DNA of 64,000 nt, from positions 13,519-77,518 of the forward strand of contig CASFOP010000005.1 in NCBI GenBank assembly GCA_949296525.1. The letters run 5' to 3'. Below, piece by piece: positions 25,741 to 36,000 of this stretch. The notes under the pieces are model-generated. The model did not search any database and was not told where the DNA came from. It was given only the letters and a program-made list of their open reading frames with translations. The first letter of the stretch is position 1. The number at the start of each line of letters is the position of its first letter. Both the position numbers and the translations under genes were made by a program. This DNA comes from an uncultured bacterium (GTDB lineage: Bacteria; Elusimicrobiota; Elusimicrobia; Elusimicrobiales; Elusimicrobiaceae).

Positions 25741-26187
25741 TTATTTCTTAAAACGGTTTAAATACGGGCTGTAATCGGGCAATACTTTGGTGTACTCCCG
25801 GGAAAACAGCGGTGAAGATATCAAAAAATCCGCCGTCGCACGGTTACAGGCCACCGGGATATTCCACACCGCCGCCAAACGCAGCAGGGCTTTTACATCC
25901 GGGTCGTGCGGCAGCTGGTTCAGCGGGTCCCAAAAGAAAATCAGCGCATGTATCTTCCCTTCTGATATGGCCGCACCGATTTGCTGATCCCCGCCAAAAG
26001 GGCCGCTGTTAAAACAATATACGGGACAGCCAAGTTCCTGCGTAAGCAGGGCGCCGGTAGTGCCCGTGGCAAACAAATGGTGCTTGCTCAGCAAACCCTT
26101 GTTATAAACGGCCCATTCCAACAAGTCTTTTTTCTTATTGTCATGCGCCACCAAAGCAATGTTTTTAGTCTGGGGTATAGTCAGCAT
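25741..26187 (-). CDS. mgsA: Methylglyoxal synthase
   Basis: Motifs seen: [44 protein letters not shown]. Confidence 0.9.
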   Translation of the reverse strand: MLTIPQTKNIALVAHDNKKKDLLEWAVYNKGLLSKHHLFATGTTGALLTQELGCPVYCFNSGPFGGDQQIGAAISEGKIHALIFFWDPLNQLPHDPDVKALLRLAAVWNIPVACNRATADFLISSPLFSREYTKVLPDYSPYLNRFKK

Positions 26188-26260
26188 AAATACTCCTCCG
26201 GTTTATTGTAGCATTTGTTTGCCCTTTCTCCTGAAGGCGCAACTTTGCTATTTTATATAT

Positions 26261-27733
26261 ATGAGGTTACTAGCCTGTTTTTTGTTGATTTGTGGCGCGG
26301 GGCCGCTGGCTGCGGCCGATTTGACCCCGTCCGTACTGGCGCTGGCGGACAGGCCCGTTTTGCGCGGGACGTCCTGGGCGGCCGCGGCCTCTTATACGGA
26401 CGGGGAAGAAATTTTTTCCGTCCGCCCGGACTTACGCCTTGCCCCGGCCTCTTCACTCAAGCTGCTTACTTCCGCCGCCGCACTGGAAACCTTCGGCCCT
26501 TTTCACCGCTTTGAAACGCAAATTTACGCCGACGGCGCGGCGGACGAAAACGGCGTCCTGCACGGCAATTTGTATATCCGCGGCGGAGGCGACCCGACGC
26601 TGGGCTCTGCGCGCGTAACGGGCAGCCCGGCCTGGCCGCAGCTGCTGGAAAGCTGGAGCCAAAAAATACGCCGTGCGGGCATTAAACAAATCACGGGCAA
26701 TATTTACGGAGATATTTCTCTTTTTTCCGGTCCTTCCCTGCCGGACAAATTTAACTGGCAGAATATAGGCAATTATTTTGCCGCACCCGCTACGGCGCTG
26801 GCGTTTAACGACAATTCCTTTGAAATTACTTTTTCCCCCCAGCCACGGGACGGCGCCCCCGTAGAGGTGGCATCTTTCTCGCCGGAAACAGAAGGGCTGA
26901 AAATACGCTCTTTCGTTACCGCCAGCGAAAAAGACCGCCGCGACCAAGCCTATGTCTATGCGGCCCCCGGCCAGTACGATTTGGAAATTTACGGCACGGT
27001 ACCGACGGCCTCCCTGCGCGGTCTGACCATACGCGCTGCCCTGCCAGACGCACCGCAGCTGTTGGTAGATTTGCTGCAACAACAGCTGGAAAAGGACGGC
27101 GTCGGCATAGACGGCAGCGCAATACTGCTGGATCAGACGCCCGATTATACCGCCATGAACCTGCTTTTTACGCATCAGTCACCCCCGCTGAAAGATATTT
27201 TGTATATCGTCAACAAACGCAGTTTTAATTTCTATGCGGAAATGCTGCTGCGCATGCTGGCCGTGCAGGCGGGCAAGGCGGGCAGCGTGGAGGAGGGCGT
27301 TAAACAGCTGTATGCTTTTTTAAATAAAAACGGCATAGACACCCAAAATATGCTCTTATATGACGGGAGCGGGCTTTCACGCGACAATCAGATTACCGCC
27401 GCAACACTGCTGGACGTGCTGTCCCTGATGAGCACCAGCCCTTATTTTTCCTATTATTACGACTCGCTGGCTACGCCGGACGACCGGGGAGATTTGATTT
27501 TGCTGCGCCGCTTTTTGAATCCGTTTAAACGCGGGCGGGACGTACACGTCAAAGGAGGCACCATTGACGGCGTCAAAGCCCAGGCCGGCTATGTAAAGGA
27601 CAAAAACGGCAGGCTGATTGCCTTTGCCTTTATGGCCAACAACCTGCTGGACAAGAATGAGGACATCAACCGGTTTTATGAAGAGCTTCTAAAAAAACTG
27701 CTTTTGCTGCCGGATCAGGATTTGACCAAATAA
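26261..27733 (+). CDS. dacB: D-alanyl-D-alanine carboxypeptidase/endopeptidase (PBP4, S13 family)
   Basis: It has the signal peptide MRLLACFLLICGAGPLAA, the SxxK box (PASSLKLLT), SGL and a KGGT-type box. ATG at 26261. Confidence 0.85.
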   Translation: MRLLACFLLICGAGPLAAADLTPSVLALADRPVLRGTSWAAAASYTDGEEIFSVRPDLRLAPASSLKLLTSAAALETFGPFHRFETQIYADGAADENGVLHGNLYIRGGGDPTLGSARVTGSPAWPQLLESWSQKIRRAGIKQITGNIYGDISLFSGPSLPDKFNWQNIGNYFAAPATALAFNDNSFEITFSPQPRDGAPVEVASFSPETEGLKIRSFVTASEKDRRDQAYVYAAPGQYDLEIYGTVPTASLRGLTIRAALPDAPQLLVDLLQQQLEKDGVGIDGSAILLDQTPDYTAMNLLFTHQSPPLKDILYIVNKRSFNFYAEMLLRMLAVQAGKAGSVEEGVKQLYAFLNKNGIDTQNMLLYDGSGLSRDNQITAATLLDVLSLMSTSPYFSYYYDSLATPDDRGDLILLRRFLNPFKRGRDVHVKGGTIDGVKAQAGYVKDKNGRLIAFAFMANNLLDKNEDINRFYEELLKKLLLLPDQDLTK

Positions 27734-28197
27734 TAATTTATGTTGTTTCCCGTATGGTCTATATCCGCAGCATAGGTTTTACAGACCGCATTTTGCATAG
27801 AATCATTTTGACTGGCCAAGCACCATACTTTCCCGGACTGCAGGCTAAATTCAAAAGAGGGCAAACCGCTTTTTCGACTATTCACATGCAAACGGTAATA
27901 GGTCCCTTCTCCGCCGGCGGCATTGTCATCATAATTGGAAGCTTGGTACCGATAAGAATCTGAATCCTGAACTTGCATATCCAACAGGGTTAAATCCGTT
28001 GTATATTGGCCATTAGCCATAAAATAACGCTGAAGAGCCTGCACCAAAGCGGCCCCATTTATAAAAGCTTCAGAAGCGCGCGAACGCGCTACGGCCTTGG
28101 TATACTGGGGCAAAGCGACGGCAGCCAAAATACCAATAATTAAAACAACGACTAACAACTCTATTAGGGTAAATGCGGCATTTTTTTGGTTCTTCAT
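27715..28197 (-). CDS. Prepilin-type pilin-like protein (Ala at -1)
   Basis: The N-terminus is MKNQKNAA|FTLIELLVVVLIIGILAA. ATG at 28197, with the conserved promoter cassette upstream. Confidence 0.8.
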   Translation of the reverse strand: MKNQKNAAFTLIELLVVVLIIGILAAVALPQYTKAVARSRASEAFINGAALVQALQRYFMANGQYTTDLTLLDMQVQDSDSYRYQASNYDDNAAGGEGTYYRLHVNSRKSGLPSFEFSLQSGKVWCLASQNDSMQNAVCKTYAADIDHTGNNINYYLVKS

Positions 28198-28203
28198 ACG
28201 CAA

Positions 28204-28232
28204 AGTATATCAAAAAAACAAAAACAGGTCTA
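28204..28232 (-). promoter_or_regulatory. Pilin cassette promoter TAGACC-N17-TATACT, 6 nt before the ATG
   Basis: -10 at 28204-28209, interrupted tract (T5 G T7 on the coding strand) at 28212-28224, -35 at 28227-28232. Confidence 0.5.
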
Positions 28233-28434
28233 TACTGGTCGGTTAAACGACAAAAAACACCTCCGTTTAATGCATACTCCCGGGGGATGTGGGGCAGGCT
28301 TCCAGGAAAAACTGGAATTTCCAAAATTGCCGGAGGAACCGCTCTTGATGTATAACAAAGAAGCGCAAAGCGTTATGTCTTGCGTTTCATCGGTTTAATT
28401 ACAACAACAAATCCTGCCGAACCCACCCCGGCAT

Positions 28435-29397
28435 TTATGCTTTATAGGCTGCAGGCTCCACAGGTATACGGAACCAGAACAGAGATCCCTGCCCCAAGCC
28501 CGCACTTTCCACGCCTATTTCGCCGTTATGCGCGTTGATGATTTCCTGCGCAATGGACAACCCCAGCCCCCAGCCTTGTTTGCGGCCGGAACGTTCGTTT
28601 TCAGACTGGTGGAATTTTTGAAAAATTTTACTTTGTTCATTAAAAGCAATCCCCGGCCCGTCATCATCCACATAACAAATCAGCCAACTGTCCTGCAGGA
28701 AGTAGCGTATCTCTATGCGGCCGCCCTGAGGCGAAAATTTAATGGCGTTGCCCAACAAATTATTCAACACCTGTGAAATACGGAACCGGTCTGCAAACAC
28801 GGTAACGTCGTTGGGATATTCATACTTGGTCAGAAAAATACCTTTTTTCTGTGCATTGACCTGCTGCAGGCTAAACACATCATTAAGCAGCTGGTTAAAA
28901 TTAAAGCTTTTAAAATCCATTTTAAATTTACCCGATTCTATCATGGAAATATCCATCAGATCGGCCATCAGCTGGTTCATATTGTCCGTGGCCTTTAAAA
29001 TGTTGTTCAGGGCCACCTGGTCGTTATTGCCGCCTCCTTGCGGATTATCCATCATCAATACGGATGTAAAGCCTTGGATGGACGTCAACGGCTGGCGCAA
29101 ATCATGCGCCACAATGGACATAAATTTAGAACGGATTTCACTTAAACGGTTCAATTCCTGGTTGGAAAGTTTCAGCTTTTCTACCATGTTTTCCAACATA
29201 CTGACTTTACCTGAAAGCTGCATTTGCAGGGAAGCTATCTGCTGCTGGTAGCTGTGCTCCGCTTTCATGACCGCGCGTTTCATTTTACGCATGGCAAAAC
29301 GCCGAGCAATCCAAAACGTCAAAATCAACAGCGTGAGCGTCAGCACTGTGTAATAAATGGGATAACTCATCTGTTTAAAAAATTCAATAATTGCCAT
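28435..29397 (-). CDS. Sensor histidine kinase (no adjacent response regulator)
   Basis: It has an N-terminal TM segment, an H box FMSIVAHDLRQPL, an N box LLGNAIKF, G1 DDGPGI and G2 GWGLGLSIA. Confidence 0.85.
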   Translation of the reverse strand: MAIIEFFKQMSYPIYYTVLTLTLLILTFWIARRFAMRKMKRAVMKAEHSYQQQIASLQMQLSGKVSMLENMVEKLKLSNQELNRLSEIRSKFMSIVAHDLRQPLTSIQGFTSVLMMDNPQGGGNNDQVALNNILKATDNMNQLMADLMDISMIESGKFKMDFKSFNFNQLLNDVFSLQQVNAQKKGIFLTKYEYPNDVTVFADRFRISQVLNNLLGNAIKFSPQGGRIEIRYFLQDSWLICYVDDDGPGIAFNEQSKIFQKFHQSENERSGRKQGWGLGLSIAQEIINAHNGEIGVESAGLGQGSLFWFRIPVEPAAYKA

Positions 29398-29411
29398 ATT
29401 TTAGATTATAT

Positions 29412-30044
29412 CTATTTTATGGGTTTAGCCAGTACTTTTTCCAAAGTTTGACGGGATAAAGCTTCCTGCCGTAAAAGTAGCGGCTGCGGGCCCGTCAGGT
29501 CCAACACGGAAGAGGCCCTGGCCCCCAGTGTCCCTCCGGTAAAAATAATGTCGGCTTTCCCGTCAAAAAATTCTGTTATTTCTTCTTCCCGCGTGAATAC
29601 GGGCCGGCTGTGCAAGTTGGCGCTGGTGGAAGCTAGCGGATATTTCATGGCGCCCAGCAGGCAGGCCAACGGCGGATGTGCCGGCACACGCAGGCCCAGC
29701 CCTTCAAACCCGCGCCGCAAAGGTTCCCCTTTTTCATTCGGGCGCAAAATCATCGTCAGCGCCCCGGGCCAAAACGCCGCGGCCAGCTTTTCCGCGTCGT
29801 CGTTCCATTGCGTAATTTGCCGCGCCTGTTCTACGGTACCGATTAAAATCTGCAAGGCCGCGCCGGAAGGTCTTTGTTTTATTTGATAAATGCGCTGTAT
29901 GGCCGCCTCGTCAAACGCACACGCACCGATGCCGTATACTGTATCAGTGGGATATACGGCCACGGCTCCGCCGTCTATAAGCGCGGCGGCCTGCTCCAGC
30001 TGCTGCGGCGTCATTTGCTCAATACGGTAAATCCGGCTCTTCAT
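29412..30044 (-). CDS. tsaC: L-threonylcarbamoyladenylate synthase (TsaC/YwlC/Sua5 family)
   Basis: Motifs seen: VAVYPTDTVYGIG, KQRPSGAALQILI, SANLHSRP. The ATG at 30044 has GGAGGA upstream. Confidence 0.85.
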   Translation of the reverse strand: MKSRIYRIEQMTPQQLEQAAALIDGGAVAVYPTDTVYGIGACAFDEAAIQRIYQIKQRPSGAALQILIGTVEQARQITQWNDDAEKLAAAFWPGALTMILRPNEKGEPLRRGFEGLGLRVPAHPPLACLLGAMKYPLASTSANLHSRPVFTREEEITEFFDGKADIIFTGGTLGARASSVLDLTGPQPLLLRQEALSRQTLEKVLAKPIK

Positions 30045-30726
30045 AGGCCTTTTCCTCCGTTTCCGGCAGGCCGATAACGACAACAAATTCCCCCTGCACT
30101 TTCTTGCGTTTGCCCAAATTATCCGCCACTTCACGGGCCGTGCCGCGCAGCCACTCCTCATATATCTTGGATATTTCGCGCGCGGCCACCACGGGCGTGT
30201 TTTCCCCCAGCGTCACCGCGATAAGCTCCAGCAGTTTTACCACGCGGAAAGGCGATTCATATACAATAACGGGGTGCTTCTGCGCATAAGCGCCGGAAAG
30301 CAGTTTGGCCGCTTTGCCGCTCCTGCGCGGCAGAAACCCCAAAAACGTAAACGCCCCGCCCGTAAAGCCGGCCCCCGCCAATGCGCAGGCAGCCGCGCTG
30401 GGCCCGGGCAGGGAAGTCAGCGGCAGGCCTTCTTTGGCCGCTTCTTTGACCAACTTCCACCCCGGGTCGGAAATACACGGCGTGCCGCAGTCAGACACCA
30501 GCGCACAGCGTTTACCTTGGCGCAGCAGATCCAGACAGCGCCGAACGGAAGACGGGTCGTTTTCATTATAACGCACCGTAGGCTTGGATATGCCAAAATG
30601 CGTCAGCAAAACCTGTGTGCGGCGCGTATCTTCGCACAGCACAAAATCCGCACTTTTAAGCGTTTCCAGCGCGCGCAGGGTAATGTCCTGCAAATTCCCC
30701 AGCGGGGTGGGCACAATAGACAGCAT
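30019..30726 (-). CDS. rsmI: 16S rRNA (cytidine1402-2'-O)-methyltransferase
   Basis: Motifs seen: LSIVPTPLGNLQDITLRALETL, LCEDTR, SDCGTPCISDPG. The ATG at 30726 is preferred over the upstream GTG. Confidence 0.85.
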   Translation of the reverse strand: MLSIVPTPLGNLQDITLRALETLKSADFVLCEDTRRTQVLLTHFGISKPTVRYNENDPSSVRRCLDLLRQGKRCALVSDCGTPCISDPGWKLVKEAAKEGLPLTSLPGPSAAACALAGAGFTGGAFTFLGFLPRRSGKAAKLLSGAYAQKHPVIVYESPFRVVKLLELIAVTLGENTPVVAAREISKIYEEWLRGTAREVADNLGKRKKVQGEFVVVIGLPETEEKAYEEPDLPY

Positions 30727-30827
30727 AGATGTAGTATATAAAATTCCGCCGCGCACCGGGGCCGCCTGTATAGTAAAAACGGCGTAAAAATGCTATGCTG
30801 ATATATATATTTTAAGAAGAGGTGCTT

Positions 30828-31373
30828 ATGCAACAAAAAGATATTGCCGTGCTGGCGGCCCGCTACGCGGACGAGAAAAAGGCCGAAAATGTAAGATTAC
30901 TGGATTTAAACGGCCTTTCTTCACTGTGCGACTATATTGTGCTGGCCACCGTAACTTCCAAGCCCCATTTGGAGGCGGTGGAAGACGAAATAAGCACCCA
31001 GCTTAAAAAAATAGGCGTCTATAAATTAAACCGTGACGGCGGAGAAAGCATGATTTGGCGCGTTTCCGATTACGGTTCTTTTTTAGTGCATATTATGACA
31101 CAGGAAGCGCGGGATTTTTATGCGCTGGACAAAATTTTTAGTTTCGCCACGGAACTGAATTACAAAAAACCCAAAGCCGCCAAAAAAACCGCGGCCAAAA
31201 AAACATCTGCCAAAAAAGCAGCCGTAAAAAAATCTGCTTCTAAAACGACGGCGAAAAAAACGACCGCCAAGAAAACCGCCGCTAAAAAACCGGCCAAAAC
31301 CGCAGCCAAAAAAACAACCAAAACCGCCAAAAAACCGGCGGCCAAAAAATCTGCCAAGAAGGTATCCAAATAA
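30828..31373 (+). CDS. rsfS: Ribosome silencing factor RsfS with Lys/Ala-rich C-terminal extension
   Basis: The iojap-like core is DLNGLSSLCDYIVLATVTS ... WRVSDYGSFLVHIM. It is followed by ~70 aa of AAKKT/AKKP repeats. Confidence 0.8.
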   Translation: MQQKDIAVLAARYADEKKAENVRLLDLNGLSSLCDYIVLATVTSKPHLEAVEDEISTQLKKIGVYKLNRDGGESMIWRVSDYGSFLVHIMTQEARDFYALDKIFSFATELNYKKPKAAKKTAAKKTSAKKAAVKKSASKTTAKKTTAKKTAAKKPAKTAAKKTTKTAKKPAAKKSAKKVSK

Positions 31374-31375
31374 AC

Positions 31376-32971
31376 ATGTTTGAGCAATTGAAAAAAGAAA
31401 TTGATTTAAAACTTTCCAGCGCGCCCGTTTTTGAAGGGGCGCAGCTGCCTGCGGCGGAGCTTTCCCCCGCACCGGAACATACGGGGGCGGATCTGTCCCT
31501 GAACTGGGCGATGGCCGCGGCAAAAACCCTGCGCAAGAGCCCCATGGAAATTGCCAAACAGGCCGCCGTGCTGCTGCGCGAGGTCAACGGCATTGAAGAC
31601 GCTTCCGCCGCTGCGCCCGGGTTTATCAATATCAAGCTGGAAGAAGGCTTTATCATCGCCGCCGCCAAAGACCGCCGCATTAAAGACAACAGTCTGGGTT
31701 ACGGCGGGCAAAATAAGATTTTGATTGAATTTGTATCGGCCAACCCCACCGGCCCCCTGCATGTGGCTTCGGGCCGCGGCGCGGCACTGGGCGACAGCCT
31801 GGTGCGCATTCACCGCGCCCTGGGATATTTGTGCGACAGCGAATATTACGTTAATGACGCGGGCAATCAGGCCCAGCTGCTGGCGCAGTCTTTAAAGGCC
31901 CGCATAGAAGGAAAAGAACCGCCGGAAAACGGCTATCACGGCTCTTACCTGATTGAAATGGCCAAAAAGGCACCCAAAGATTTAAAAGAAGAAGATTACG
32001 GACGCTGGGCCATGGAATACCTGATTAAAACCCAGCAGGACGACATGGAAGCCTTCCGCGTACAGTTTACGCGCTGGTTCCGCGAATCGGAGCTGCATCA
32101 GGAAGGCGCCGTACAGGCCGCTTTAAAAGATTTGGAAAAAAACGGCTATGCCTATGAGAAAGAAGGCGCCGTCTGGTTCGGCTCCACCCAGGACAAAGAA
32201 GCCAAAGACGACAAAGACCGCGTGCTTGTGCGCGCCGACGGCCGGCCGACTTATTTTATGGCGGACATCGCCTACCATAAAAACAAATACGACCGCGGCT
32301 ACGGCACGCTGGTGGATATTTTGGGGGCGGACCATCACGGCTATGTGCCGCGCATGAAAGCGGCCGTACACGCGCTGGGCAAAGAAGAAAAATCCTTTGT
32401 GCCCATCATTCACCAGCTGGTGCATTTGCTGGAAAACGGCGAACAGGTCAAAATGTCCAAACGCGCCGGCAAGTTTATCACCCTGCGCGAACTGGTGGAC
32501 GAAGTGGGTGCGGACGCCTGCCGTTTCTTTTTCGCCAGCCGCACGCCCAACGCGCAAATGACTTTTGACATTGAACTGGCTAAAAAACAGTCCAATGAAA
32601 ACCCCGTCTATTATGTGCAGTATGTGCATGCGCGCATTCATTCCATTTTTGCCGCGGCGGCCGAAAAAGGGCTGGAACCGGCGGCGGATATTTTGACTCC
32701 GCTGACCCCGCAGGAACGCGCACTGCTGCTCAAACTGGTGTGGTTTAAACCCGTACTGCAAAACTGCCTGCGGGATATGAGCCCCCATCATTTGACCACT
32801 TACTTAATGGAACTGGCGGGGCTGTTCCACTCGTTCTATGACACCTGCCGCGTCATTGACGAAAACAACCTGCCGCTTACCCGCTCGCGCCTGCTGATTT
32901 GCCAGCGCGTGGCGGAACGCATTAAGAAAGGGCTGGAATTTTTGGGCGTGAGCGCTCCAGAAAAGATGTAA
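31376..32971 (+). CDS. argS: Arginine--tRNA ligase
   Basis: Motifs seen: SANPTGPLHVASGRG (HIGH region) and KMSKRAG, with a C-terminal anticodon-binding DALR-type region. Confidence 0.9.
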   Translation: MFEQLKKEIDLKLSSAPVFEGAQLPAAELSPAPEHTGADLSLNWAMAAAKTLRKSPMEIAKQAAVLLREVNGIEDASAAAPGFINIKLEEGFIIAAAKDRRIKDNSLGYGGQNKILIEFVSANPTGPLHVASGRGAALGDSLVRIHRALGYLCDSEYYVNDAGNQAQLLAQSLKARIEGKEPPENGYHGSYLIEMAKKAPKDLKEEDYGRWAMEYLIKTQQDDMEAFRVQFTRWFRESELHQEGAVQAALKDLEKNGYAYEKEGAVWFGSTQDKEAKDDKDRVLVRADGRPTYFMADIAYHKNKYDRGYGTLVDILGADHHGYVPRMKAAVHALGKEEKSFVPIIHQLVHLLENGEQVKMSKRAGKFITLRELVDEVGADACRFFFASRTPNAQMTFDIELAKKQSNENPVYYVQYVHARIHSIFAAAAEKGLEPAADILTPLTPQERALLLKLVWFKPVLQNCLRDMSPHHLTTYLMELAGLFHSFYDTCRVIDENNLPLTRSRLLICQRVAERIKKGLEFLGVSAPEKM

Positions 32972-33071
32972 GCGCGCACACGCTTTTGTGCAGTTTAAAA
33001 GAATACGGAAAATCTCTTCGGCGTCTAACGCAAAGGGATTTTTCCGTCTTATGGAAACACAGGGAGGAAGC

Positions 33072-36000
33072 ATGAAAAAAATTATTTTGTTGGCGGCGTG
33101 CCTGCTGCCCATGGGACTATGCGCCCAAAACCGACAGGCGGCCGACGCGGCCTTTGAAAACGGCCGCTTTGCCGAAGCGTTGTCTTTTTACCAGGAAGAG
33201 TTAAAAACGGCCAAAGGCAACTCTTTATATGAGGCGCAGCTGCGCGTCATCGCCAGCCAGTATATGCTGGGACGTTATCAGGCGGCGGCGGAAAGCGCGT
33301 TTACTTTTGAACTGCCTCAAAACCCGCTGTGGAAAGCCCGCTTCCTGCTTTACCGCACGCAGACGGCACAGCGCGTCAGTACCCTTTACAACCCCATTTT
33401 GCCCGATGCTTCCGAAGACGGAGCCTCCCTGCCGCAGCTGAGCAAAGAGCAATGGAACGCAAAAATAGATGAATGTTATGAGCAGCTGTGGGACCTGCGC
33501 ACCTTTCTAATCAACGCCCCCATTGACCAGGAAACCCTGGTATTGGAAATAAAAGATACCGACCAAAAAGCCATCCCCACCCTGTTTGATTTTGTGGTGC
33601 TGCAATGGAAAAACCGCCTGCTGTCCTCCCCGGCAGTGCCGGTTCCCCTGCGCGCGGCCTCGGTGTTGACGCTGGATTACAAAATCCCCTCCAAGGCAAA
33701 AGACGACGCGCAAAAAGCCGTTTCCCTGCTGGCCGAAGCGGCCGAACTGGGCGGCAAAGGCCGCGCCGATGCGCGTATCATCTGGCAGGCCCAGCGGCTG
33801 ACGCTTCCGTTTGAATACCCCAATCTGTTCAGTTTTGAAAACCAGGATGCACAGCGGCTGGAAGCGGCACAACTGCTGCAAACGCTGTCGGGGTATTCCA
33901 AAGAGAAAAAAGGCTTCCTGGCCAAAATCAGCCAGGCGCTGCTCTCTTCCGGCGCGCCGTACGGCAAAGCCTACGCTGCCCAACAGGCTGCCTACCTGTT
34001 AAACGACGCCAAAGAATATGAGCAAGCCGCCGCCGTGTGCGACTGGGCCTCGGCGGAACTGGACGGCGGATATTACGCTAAATCCTGCGCCCGGTTTGCC
34101 GAAGGTATCCGCGCGCCGGTGCTAAACCTGGACGCGTCGGCCTTCAGCCAGGATCCCGCCCAGACGAAAGTTTCGTTTACCGCGCGCAATATTAACCAGG
34201 TATATGTACGCATTTATTCCGCCAGTGAGGCCGATTTGAAAAAATGGTATAAACAACAATATCCCGGCACCGTTAATTCCTGGCGTTATCTGACCACCGT
34301 GCCCGCCCAGCAAATCCCGCAGCTGCTTGCGCGCACGCCCGTGGCGGAAACGGACGCGGCCCTGACCTATGACAAGCCGCATGACTTTAAACAAACCGAT
34401 ATACGTCTGCCCCTACCGGACAAACGTGGGTTTTATGCGGTGCTGTTTTCCTATGACAAAGACTTTAACCCCGACACCGCCCCCGTGCAGGCGCTGGTGC
34501 TTAACAGCACGGACCTAGCGCTGTTTGCTTCCGCGGCGATTGAAGGCGACCCCGCCGATTACCGCACCAAAGAGAGCAAAACGTTTACCCCCAACCTTTT
34601 CCGCATTTACGCGCTGGATTTAAAAACCGGTGAACCGGTGGCAGATGCGGACGTGGTGTATTATACGGACTGGAAAGGCAACACCGAAACGGACAAAACC
34701 AATGAAAACGGCCTGCTGACACTGGCGCGCAAAATCAAAACAAACAGCGACAGCAACAACAATTATTCCGTACTGCCCAAAGCGGTCAAAGGCGCCAGCA
34801 CCGCTTTTATGACCAATGCGCTGTATTTCAATTATTACAGTTCCTCCCCGTTCAGCCTCTACGCCGAAATGGACCGCGCCATTTACCGCCCCGGGCAAAA
34901 AGTACAGCTGGCGGTATACGGATTTGAAAAAGCCGGACGCGGCCTGAAAACCATGGACGAAAACTCCCGTGTGACGCTGACGGTGCGCGACGCCAATCAC
35001 CAAAAAATCCACGAAAAAACCTTAACGCTTAACGCCTACGGCACGGCACGCGATGAAATCACCCTGCCCGAAGACGGCCTGCTGGGTTATTACACCGTGG
35101 AAACCGCTTATAAATGGAATAAACGCAACGTATACGGGCACGCCAGTTTCCGCGTGGACGAATACAAACGCCCTGAATACGAAATCACGTTGGCCGACGC
35201 GGCCAAACTGCAATACGGCAAAGAAGCCTCCATTACCGGCAGCGCCAAATATTATTTCGGCGCACCGCTGGAGAAGGCCTCCGTCAAGTACAGCGTACAC
35301 CGCACCTATTTCCGCCCGCCGTTCTGGTGGTGGCGGCCGTTTAATCTGACCGCCGCGCGCGAGTTTATCGCCGAAGGGTCCACCCAAACGGATAAAGAAG
35401 GAAATTTTACCGTCAAGTTTACCCCCGAAGCGGGACAGGACGACGGGTTTCCTTCCGTGTTTACGGTGCATGCCGAGGTGATGGACGCTTCCGGCCGCGT
35501 CATTGAAACACAGCATACTTACAAAGCCAGCCGTCAGCCGCTTTTCTTCCAGGCATCATTTGACAAAGGTTTCTACGACGCCAATACCGAAAGCCCGCTG
35601 GCCCGCATTAAACTGACCGATGTTAACGGCCAGGCCGCGGATGGAAAATTTACCGCTGAAATTTACGAACTGGAAAACGTACTTTCCGAGCCGGAAAACA
35701 GTCAGGATATCCTGCCGTATTCCGAACAGGGCAGTCTGGAACAGCTCTATGGAAAGAACAAAGAGCTGCGCCGCATATCCAAAAAATCCTTCAGCCTCAA
35801 AAACGGCGAAGAAGCCCAGTTGCACCTAGAAGCCCTGCCCGAAGGCATTTATAAACTCAAACTGCAAAGCAAAAACGCCGACGACGCGGAACTGGTCTTC
35901 CTGGTGGCGGACAAAACCTCCCGCCTGGCGCTGCCCGCCGTGGCCATTGCCCAGCAGGAAAAATATTATCCGGGCTCCCAGGCTAAAGTGCTTATCGGCG

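Noticed and set aside
27715-27733. The 19-nt convergent overlap of the dacB and pilin 3' ends, as a possible antisense regulatory arrangement.
   Set aside because: Short convergent overlaps are common in compact genomes. No structure or conserved element was visible in the overlap.
31160-31373. Short-period DNA repeats that could suggest a repeat array or CRISPR.
   Set aside because: The periodicity is that of in-frame AAKKT/AKKP codons within the rsfS ORF. There is no repeat-spacer organisation and there are no cas genes. No CRISPR array was seen anywhere in the window.
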